Source: Haloferacaceae archaeon
GTDB taxonomy: Archaea > Halobacteriota > Halobacteria > Halobacteriales > Haloferacaceae
Assembly: GCA_042217235.1 (NCBI GenBank)
Contig: JBDGTB010000037.1
Coordinates: 12,544-76,543, forward strand
Length of the DNA stretch: 64,000 nucleotides
Direction: 5' to 3'
Numbering within the stretch: position 1 is the first letter of the stretch; every line of letters begins with the position of its first letter. A program made the translations under genes and the position numbers. The notes beneath the pieces were generated by a model. The model worked only from the letters and a program-made list of their open reading frames with translations. It searched no databases and was not told where the DNA came from. Below are positions 9,601-16,803 of the stretch, piece after piece.

Positions 9601-11208
9601 ATGAACGTAACCGAAGCCATCGCGGAGATCATGCGTGCGGAGGGCGTCGATTATCTGTTCGGGTTCCCCTCGAACCCCCTGTTCGACACGGGAGCGGCCG
9701 AGGACGCCGGCATCGAGACGGTCGTCGTCCGTCAGGAGCGCACCGGCGCGCACATGGCCGACGCCGTCAGCCGGGTGACCTCGGGCGACGAGATCGGCGT
9801 GTTCGCCTGTCAGCACGGCCCCGGAACCGAGAACAGCTTCGGCGGGGTCGCCCAGGCGTACGGCGAGTCGGCGCCGATCGTCGCCTTCCCCGCGGGCTAC
9901 GACCGCGCGAAGACGGACGTCGACCCGAAGTTCAACTCGCTGGTGAACTACCAGCAGATCACCAAGTCCTGCGAGCAGCTCACGGACCCCGAGGCGGTCG
10001 TCGAGACCGTCCGGCGCGCGTTCAGCGCGGCGCGCAACGGGCGCCAGCGGCCGGCGCTCGTCGAGGTGCCGAAGGACGTGTTCTACGAGGAGGTCGACGA
10101 CTTCGAGTACGAGCCGACCAGCGGCTCGCGGGTCGGGCCGGACCCCGACGTCGTCCCCGAGGTCGTCGACGAGCTGCTCGCGGCCGACGACCCGGTGATC
10201 TTCGCCGGACAGGGCGTCCACTACGCGAAGGCCTGGGAGCCGCTCCGGGAGCTCGCCGAGCTGCTGGAGGCGCCGGTCGGCACCAGCCTCAACGGCAAGA
10301 GCGCATTCCCCGAGGACCACCGCCTCGCGCTCGGCGCGGGCTCGAAGTCCGAGACGGGCGAACTCGCACACTTCCTCGACGAGACGGACTGCCTGTTCGG
10401 CGTCGGCTGTAGCTTCACCTCGACGGCCTACGGGATCACCGTCCCGACGGACAACACGATCATCCACTCGACGCTCGACTCGACGGACGTCGACAAGGAC
10501 GTCGACTCCGACCTCGCGCTGCTCGGCGACGCGAAGCTCTGCCTGGAGGCGATAGTCGAGGAGGTCGAGCGCCGGCTCGACGGCCCCCGCGGGCGCGAGG
10601 AGGACGTCGTCGCCGAGATCGAAGCCGCCCGCGAGGCGTGGCTCGACGACTGGCGGCCGAAGCTCGAGTCCGACGAGGTCCCGATCAACCCCTACCGGGT
10701 GATAAACGAGCTGAACGAGGTCGTCGACTCCGACGAGGCGATCATCACCCACGACGCCGGCAACGCGCGTGACTTCCTCGCGCCGTTCTGGGAGTCCACC
10801 GAGCCGCTCGGCTACATCGGCTGGGGGAAGACGACCCAGCTGGGCTACGGGCTCGGGCTGGCGATGGGCGCGAAGCTCGCCCACCCGGAGAAGGTGTGCA
10901 TCAACGTCTGGGGCGACGGCGCCATCGGGATGACCGGCCTCGACTTCGAGACCGCCGTCCGCAAGGACATCCCGATCCTCTCGATCCTCCTGAACAACTA
11001 CGAGATGGCCGCCTACGACACGCCGTTCTCCGGCGAGTGGGCCGGCGTCATGGAGTCGCTCGGCGGCTACACCGAGCGCGTCGAGGACCCCGACGAGGTC
11101 GCGGCCGCCATCCAGCGCGGCGTCGAGAAGACCGAGGAGGGCACGCCCGTCCTGCTGGAGTTCATCACCAGCAAGGAGACCGAGCTCTCGCGGCCGGACC
11201 TCGACTGA
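9601..11208 (+). CDS. thiamine-pyrophosphate-binding enzyme (acetolactate-synthase-like family)
   Basis: MNVTEAIAEIMRAEGVDYLFGFP, HGPGTEN, and GDGAIGMTGLDFET...NN TPP motif. Track codons upstream of 9601 are AT-ending and look non-coding. Confidence 0.85.
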   Translation: MNVTEAIAEIMRAEGVDYLFGFPSNPLFDTGAAEDAGIETVVVRQERTGAHMADAVSRVTSGDEIGVFACQHGPGTENSFGGVAQAYGESAPIVAFPAGYDRAKTDVDPKFNSLVNYQQITKSCEQLTDPEAVVETVRRAFSAARNGRQRPALVEVPKDVFYEEVDDFEYEPTSGSRVGPDPDVVPEVVDELLAADDPVIFAGQGVHYAKAWEPLRELAELLEAPVGTSLNGKSAFPEDHRLALGAGSKSETGELAHFLDETDCLFGVGCSFTSTAYGITVPTDNTIIHSTLDSTDVDKDVDSDLALLGDAKLCLEAIVEEVERRLDGPRGREEDVVAEIEAAREAWLDDWRPKLESDEVPINPYRVINELNEVVDSDEAIITHDAGNARDFLAPFWESTEPLGYIGWGKTTQLGYGLGLAMGAKLAHPEKVCINVWGDGAIGMTGLDFETAVRKDIPILSILLNNYEMAAYDTPFSGEWAGVMESLGGYTERVEDPDEVAAAIQRGVEKTEEGTPVLLEFITSKETELSRPDLD

Positions 11209-11319
11209 CGCGGCCGCGAGCGGCCTGTCCACCGTTCCCCGCCCCGGGCGACCCACCGGACCGTCCCCGTTTGATGAGATAATACATCCTAATACAAGCT
11301 ATTCAACATCCACAGAAGG

Positions 11320-11325
11320 TTTAAC
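11320..11325 (+). promoter_or_regulatory. TATA box for the 59-aa ORF
   Basis: TTTAAC centred 28 nt upstream of ATG 11350, inside the only AT-rich patch of this spacer. Confidence 0.5.
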
Positions 11326-11349
11326 CTCTTCAGCAGGTTCCGTTCGCGT

Positions 11350-11529
11350 ATGCAGACGAGCACCACGACGTGGGGCGACCCGACCCGGTGTCCCTTCTGC
11401 GAGGAGGGGCTCGCCGACGGCGGCGCCGGCTTCATGGACCACATCGACGACCGACCCGACTGTCAGGACGGCTTCGAGCAGTGGCGCGGTCGCGTCCGCG
11501 AGGACATGACCGGGGGGTGGAGCGGATGA
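11350..11529 (+). CDS. small cysteine-containing (CxxC plus C/H) protein, 59 aa (absent from ORF track)
   Basis: Hand translation gives MQTSTTTWGDPTRCPFCEEGLADGGAGFMDHIDDRPDCQDGFEQWRGRVREDMTGGWSG. TTTAAC is centred 28 nt upstream of the ATG. Confidence 0.6.
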   Translation: MQTSTTTWGDPTRCPFCEEGLADGGAGFMDHIDDRPDCQDGFEQWRGRVREDMTGGWSG

Positions 11530-11639
11530 GCCTGGCGCCCGGGAGCAGCTGTCCGGAGTGTGGCGGCGCGCTCGTCGAGAGCGGGGAACTCGGGCGCTGT
11601 CCCGCCTGCCGCTGGCGGGAGTTCGCCCCCTCGGACTGA
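11526..11639 (+). CDS. mini zinc-ribbon protein, 37 aa
   Basis: MSLAPGSSCPECGGALVESGELGRCPACRWREFAPSD has two CPxC pairs. Its ATG overlaps the upstream TGA (ATGA coupling). It is the C-terminal part of track ORF 11370..11639. Confidence 0.5.
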   Translation: MSLAPGSSCPECGGALVESGELGRCPACRWREFAPSD

Positions 11640-11653
11640 GTCGGGGGCGGTCG

Positions 11654-14401
11654 TCACTCCTCCCCGAGCCGTTCCTGCCACTCCTGAACTTTCGCCATCA
11701 GGTCGACGGGCGGGGTCTCGTCCACGCTCGTGTCCCGGAGCTCGTCGAGCACCGCCGCCGTCGCGGGGTCGAGCGACCCGTCCGTGGCCCCGTCGGCGTC
11801 GGCGGCCGCGTCGTCGCCCCGCTCTGCCGTCCGGTCCCCGTCCGTCGCGTCGCCCCCGTCGGCGCTGGCCGAGCGGAATCCGCCCGAGCCGAGGTCGAAC
11901 ACGACCTGCTCGGTGCCGCCGGCGTCGCCGGTGTCGCCGCGGACGTCGATGGCCTCGTCCTCGCGGAGCCGCCGGAGCACCTCGCGGGCCCGGTCGACGA
12001 CCGGGTCGGGGACGCCCGCCAGCTCGGCGACGTGGATGCCGTACGAGCGGTCAGCCGGCCCCGGCCGGACCGTCCGCAGGAAGGTGACCTCCTCGCCCCG
12101 CTCGTCGGTCGGCCGGGACGCGTCGCCGCCCTCCGTCGCCCCGTCCTCGCCGGCGACGGCCATGTGGACGTTCGCGACACCCTCGACCCGGTCGGCGAGT
12201 TCGGTCAGCTCGTGGTAGTGCGTGGCGAAAAGCACCGACGGCGTCGGGGCGGCCGACCGGGCGGGCGAGAGGTACTCCGTGGCCGCCCACGCGATCGAGA
12301 TGCCGTCGTAGGTCGCCGTCCCCCGGCCCACCTCGTCGAGCACCACGAGCGACTCGTCGGTCGCGCGATGGAGGATGTTCGACAGCTCGGCCATCTCGAC
12401 CATGAACGTCGAGCGACCGCGGGCGAGCTCGTCGAGGGCGCCGACGCGGGTGTAGATGGCGTCGACCGGGCCGACCCTGGCGGCCTCGGCGGGGACGAAG
12501 CTCCCGGCCTGTGCCAGCAGCACGACCAGCGCCGCCTGGCGCATGTACGTCGACTTCCCGCTCATGTTCGGCCCGGTGACGAGCAGGAAGCGCCGGCCGT
12601 CGTCGAGCCGGAGGTCGTTGGGGACGAAGTCCGTCGTCCGTTCGACCACGGGGTGGCGCCCGGCCTCGACCGCGAGCAGGCCCGACGCGCCCGGCTCGAC
12701 CGTCGGGCGCGTCCAGTCGTGCTCCACCGCGTGGGTCGCGAGCGCGGCGAGGGCGTCGACCTCGGCCAGCACCCGGCCGACCTCGCGCAACAGCTCCGCG
12801 CGGTCCGCGACGGTCTCGCGCAGGGCCGCGAACAGCTCGCGCTCGCGCTCGGCACGGGCCTCCTCCAGGCGCAACACCTCCCGCTCGCGCGCCTCCAGGT
12901 CGTCGGTGACGTACCGCCGCGAGTTCTTCAGCGTCTTTATCTCGCGGTACTCGTCGGGCACCCGGTCGGTCTCCGACTTCCCGACCTGGATGTAGTAGCC
13001 GTCGGTCTTGTTCCGGTCGACGGTGAGGTGGGTGATCCCCGTCCGCGCCTTCTCGCGCTCGGGCAGGTCGTCGATCCACGAGCGGGCGCGCTCGTGGCGC
13101 GCGGCGATCTCGTCGAGCTCCGCGTCGTACCCCCGGGCGAAGCGGCCCCCCGCCGCCGTCGTCGACGGCTGGTCGTCGACGAGCGCCTCGTCGACCCGGT
13201 CGCGGAGGTCGGCGGCCGCGTCGCCGTCGGGGGCCTCGAGGAGGGCGGCGACCGGCGAGTCCGCGAGCGGCGTGCCGGCGACGGCGTCCCGGAGCCCCGG
13301 CAGGACCGCGAGCGTGTCCCGGACCGCGAGCAGGTCCGCGGCGTCGGCGCTCCCGCTCGCGGCGCGGCTGGCGAGCCGTTCGAGGTCGCGACCGTCGGCG
13401 AGCAGGTCGCGGACCCGGTCGCGGGCGAGCGCCGCGGCCGCGAACGCCTCGACGCCGTCGTGGCGCTCGCCGATCTCGTCGGGCAGCCTGCTGGGGCGGG
13501 TGAGCCACTCGCGGAGGCGTCGGCGGCCGCCGCTGGTGACCGTGTGATCGACCGTGTCGAACAGCGACCCCTCGCTCTCGCCGCGCATCGTCTCGACGAG
13601 TTCGAGGTTCCGCTGGGTCGTCGCGTCGAGGGCGACGTGGTCGCTCCCGTCGAACGGCTGCAGCCGCGTCATCGCCGCCGCGACCGCGTCGTTGGTCGCC
13701 TCGACGTACGCGAGCGCGGCGCCCGCGGCCGCGACCGCCGCCTCGTCGTCCAGCCCGAGGCTGTCGAGCGCGGCGTCGCCGAACCGCTCGCGGAGCGCGT
13801 GGCGCGCCCGGCCGGGGCCGAACGCCGCCGCCTCGTGGAGCGTCAGCGTCGCGTCGGTCGCCTCGCGCAGCCGGTCGAGGGCGTCGTCGTCGCTCCGCAG
13901 GTCGGGCCCGGGCAACACCTCCGTCGGGGCGAACCGCGCCAGCTCGGCGGCCGCCGCGTCGCCGTCCCCGACCCCCGTCGCGAGGAACCGCCCCGTCGTG
14001 ACGTCGGCGAACGCGAGCCCGTACCGCCCGTCGACGCGGGCGACGGCGGCCAGGTAGCGCGCCGCGGCGCCGCTCGTCTCCAGCAGCGTCCCGGGGGTGA
14101 CGACCCGGCTCACCTCGCGGACGTGGCCGTCGTCGGTCTCGCGCTGGTCGGCGACGGCGACGCGGTAGCCCCGCTCGACGAGCGCCTTCAGGTACGGCGT
14201 CAGCTCGTCGACCGGCACGCCGGCCATCGGGTGGGTCGTCCCCCCCGCCGCCTTCTGCGAGACCTTCAGGTCGAGTTCGTCGCCGACCAGCTCCGCGTCC
14301 TCGCCGAAGAACTCGTAGAAGTCGCCGACCTGCATCGCGAGGACGTCCGCCTCGGCGTCCGCCTTGAGGGCGCGAAACTCCTCGACGATCCCCCGTGCCA
14401 T
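11654..14401 (-). CDS. mutS: DNA mismatch repair protein MutS
   Basis: Full MutS architecture: FYEFFGEDA mismatch-binding N-terminus, Walker A GPNMSGKSTYMRQ, and DEVGRGT. TATA (ttttat) is centred about 28 nt upstream. Confidence 0.95.
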   Translation of the reverse strand: MARGIVEEFRALKADAEADVLAMQVGDFYEFFGEDAELVGDELDLKVSQKAAGGTTHPMAGVPVDELTPYLKALVERGYRVAVADQRETDDGHVREVSRVVTPGTLLETSGAAARYLAAVARVDGRYGLAFADVTTGRFLATGVGDGDAAAAELARFAPTEVLPGPDLRSDDDALDRLREATDATLTLHEAAAFGPGRARHALRERFGDAALDSLGLDDEAAVAAAGAALAYVEATNDAVAAAMTRLQPFDGSDHVALDATTQRNLELVETMRGESEGSLFDTVDHTVTSGGRRRLREWLTRPSRLPDEIGERHDGVEAFAAAALARDRVRDLLADGRDLERLASRAASGSADAADLLAVRDTLAVLPGLRDAVAGTPLADSPVAALLEAPDGDAAADLRDRVDEALVDDQPSTTAAGGRFARGYDAELDEIAARHERARSWIDDLPEREKARTGITHLTVDRNKTDGYYIQVGKSETDRVPDEYREIKTLKNSRRYVTDDLEAREREVLRLEEARAERERELFAALRETVADRAELLREVGRVLAEVDALAALATHAVEHDWTRPTVEPGASGLLAVEAGRHPVVERTTDFVPNDLRLDDGRRFLLVTGPNMSGKSTYMRQAALVVLLAQAGSFVPAEAARVGPVDAIYTRVGALDELARGRSTFMVEMAELSNILHRATDESLVVLDEVGRGTATYDGISIAWAATEYLSPARSAAPTPSVLFATHYHELTELADRVEGVANVHMAVAGEDGATEGGDASRPTDERGEEVTFLRTVRPGPADRSYGIHVAELAGVPDPVVDRAREVLRRLREDEAIDVRGDTGDAGGTEQVVFDLGSGGFRSASADGGDATDGDRTAERGDDAAADADGATDGSLDPATAAVLDELRDTSVDETPPVDLMAKVQEWQERLGEE

Positions 14402-14426
14402 GGCCGTACACTCCGCGGGGTGAGCG

Positions 14427-14432
14427 ATAAAA
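14427..14432 (-). promoter_or_regulatory. TATA box for mutS
   Basis: ttttat on the coding strand, centred about 28 nt upstream of the ATG at 14401. Confidence 0.5.
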
Positions 14433-14560
14433 CGCTGTGGGTTCGGCCGTCGCGGGGCGGTGTCTTCGAGCCCCTACCCGGAGGCACCGCCCGCGACGGC
14501 TACGTACGTGCGCTCCCACGACTTCGGTTTTGTGTTTGTCGAGCGGCGGGGCGACCGACG

Positions 14561-15937
14561 TCAGGCCACGTCGTCGAGCGCCGTCAGCAGCGCGAGCACC
14601 CGGTCCCGGACCGCGTCGGCGTCGCGGGCGACCAGGCGGACCATCGGCTCCTTGCCGACGGCGCCGCGGTCGAAGACGGCGACCGGCGGCTCGTCCGCGT
14701 CGGCGAACGCCCGCGCCGCTCCCCAGTCCATCGTCCCCGGGGCGTCCTCGGGCTCCGCGCCCCGGTCGAACTCGGCGACCGGGCCGCCGAGCTCGGCCTC
14801 GTCGAGCGCCGCCTCGACCGCGTCGTCGAACCGGACGTTCGCGCCGAAGCGCAGGTCGGGGACGAACTCGCGGGCCGAGAGCAGGAACCGGGCGACGTGG
14901 CTCGAGGCGCCCATCCGCACCCCGCGGGTCGTCGCGACGCCCGCGAGCGTCCGGCTGATCCGGCCCTCGACGGCGGCGACGTCGCCGACCGCCTCCGCGT
15001 ACGGCGTCGCCCCGACGACGTTCATCCCCACCTCGGGGACGAGCGGCGAGACGTCGCGCTCGACGAGCGTCGCGAGGACCCGTTCGACGGCCTCCGTCGT
15101 CGGCTCGCGGGCCGCCGCGTCGCGCAGGTCGACGAGGTGGTGGACCGATCCGGGCCCCTCCCCCACGTCGAGCCCGTAGCGCACCGCGCGGGCCATGAAC
15201 GACGTGCCCGCCGCGACCGCGTCGCGGACGCTCTCGCCGTGTGCCAGCCGGGCCGCCACGGCGCTCGACAGCGTACAGCCCGACCCGTGGGTGGCGTCGG
15301 TGTCGACGCGGGCGTGCTCGAACCGCTCGACGCCGTCGTCGGTCACGAGCGTGTCGACCACCCGGTCGCCGCCGAGGTGCCCGCCTTTCACCAGCGCGGC
15401 GTCGACTCCCGTCGCCACCAGCGCCTCGCCCGCCTCGCGGGCGTCCTCGGGGGACCGGACGTCCACCCCCGTCAGCACCTCGGCCTCGTCGGCGTTGGGC
15501 GTGACGAGCGTCGCGTCGGCGAGCAGGTCGCCGTAGGCCGCCTCGGCGTCCGGCGTCAGCAGCCGGTCGCCCGACGCCGCGACCATCACCGGGTCGACGA
15601 CGACCGGCCCCCCGTAGTCGCCCAGGAGGTCCGTCACCGCCTCGATCACCGGCCGGGTGGCGAGCATCCCCGTCTTGACCGCGCGCACGTCGAAGTCCTC
15701 GGCCACCGCGCGGTACTGCGCGCGCACCTGCTCGGCGGGCAGGACGTGGCTCCCCGCGACGCCGCGGGTGTTCTGTGCGGTCACCGCCGTCACGACGCTC
15801 GTCCCGAAGGCGTCGTGGGCCTCCATCGTCTTCAGGTCGGCCTGGACCCCCGCGCCGCCGCCGGAGTCGCTGCCCGCGATCGTGAGCGCGACCGGCGGCG
15901 TCACCGGCGCCCGCCGTCGGGTTCCGTCCGGGTGCAT
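14561..15937 (-). CDS. thiDN: bifunctional hydroxymethylpyrimidine/phosphomethylpyrimidine kinase fused to a ThiN thiamine-phosphate synthase domain (ThiDN)
   Basis: ThiD motifs ([28 protein letters not shown]) are followed by a C-terminal ThiN-like domain. Start at MHPDGT (cat at 15935-15937). Confidence 0.85.
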   Translation of the reverse strand: MHPDGTRRRAPVTPPVALTIAGSDSGGGAGVQADLKTMEAHDAFGTSVVTAVTAQNTRGVAGSHVLPAEQVRAQYRAVAEDFDVRAVKTGMLATRPVIEAVTDLLGDYGGPVVVDPVMVAASGDRLLTPDAEAAYGDLLADATLVTPNADEAEVLTGVDVRSPEDAREAGEALVATGVDAALVKGGHLGGDRVVDTLVTDDGVERFEHARVDTDATHGSGCTLSSAVAARLAHGESVRDAVAAGTSFMARAVRYGLDVGEGPGSVHHLVDLRDAAAREPTTEAVERVLATLVERDVSPLVPEVGMNVVGATPYAEAVGDVAAVEGRISRTLAGVATTRGVRMGASSHVARFLLSAREFVPDLRFGANVRFDDAVEAALDEAELGGPVAEFDRGAEPEDAPGTMDWGAARAFADADEPPVAVFDRGAVGKEPMVRLVARDADAVRDRVLALLTALDDVA

Positions 15938-16115
15938 GCGTCGGCCTACCACCGAGTGATACTTGGCGGTGGCGGTCGGTCGGCACGCGGCGGCGGGAGG
16001 CAACGCACGGGAGGGAGACCGGCGCGCCGCGGCCCGGGCCGGACACGCGACGGCGCGTCGCTGCGCCCGCGCGACCGGAAAGGGGTTTTGTCCCGCGGGA
16101 CCCGAGGCCGGAGCG

Positions 16116-16745
16116 ATGACCGACGCGTCGCCCGAGTCCATCACGGTGTACTCCGACTACGTCTGCCCGTTCTGTTACCTCGGCCGGGAGTCGCTCCGTC
16201 GCTACCGCGAGTCCCGCGAGGCGGACCTGAACGTCGACTGGCATCCGTTCGACCTGCGTCGTCGCAAGCGGGGGCCGGACGGCGAGATAGACGACTCGGT
16301 CGACGACGGGAAAGGCGAGGAGTACTACGAGCGGGCGCGGGAGAACGTCCGGCGCCTGCAGGAGAAGTACGACGTCGAGATGGCCCAGGAGATAGCGACC
16401 GGCGTCGACTCCCTGCCCGCGCAGGTCGCGTCCGTCCACGTCGCGGAGGCCCACCCCGGGAAGTGGGCGGCGTTCGACCGCGCGGTCTTCGACGCGCTGT
16501 GGGTCGACGGGCGCGACATCGGCGACCCCGACGTGCTGGCCGACCTCGCCGGGGAGGTGGGGCTGGACGGCGACGAGGTCCGCGACGCCGTCGACGACGA
16601 CGCCCTGCGCGAGCGGGTCTTCGAGAGGTTCCGCGAGGCGACCGAGCGCGGCGTCACGGGCGTGCCGACGTTCGTCGTCGACGGCCACGCCGCCCGCGGC
16701 GCGGTGCCGCCCGAACAGCTGGAGCGGCTGGTCGAGGGGGGGTGA
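16116..16745 (+). CDS. DsbA-family thioredoxin-fold oxidoreductase
   Basis: CPFC active site in YSDYVCPFCYLG, plus GVTGVPTFVV. Start at MTDASPES. Confidence 0.85.
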   Translation: MTDASPESITVYSDYVCPFCYLGRESLRRYRESREADLNVDWHPFDLRRRKRGPDGEIDDSVDDGKGEEYYERARENVRRLQEKYDVEMAQEIATGVDSLPAQVASVHVAEAHPGKWAAFDRAVFDALWVDGRDIGDPDVLADLAGEVGLDGDEVRDAVDDDALRERVFERFREATERGVTGVPTFVVDGHAARGAVPPEQLERLVEGG

Positions 16746-16803
16746 GCGCCTCGCTGCCGACCCCGGAAGCGCGAAACGCCGTAGCGGAGCGCGGAGCGCG
16801 CAG

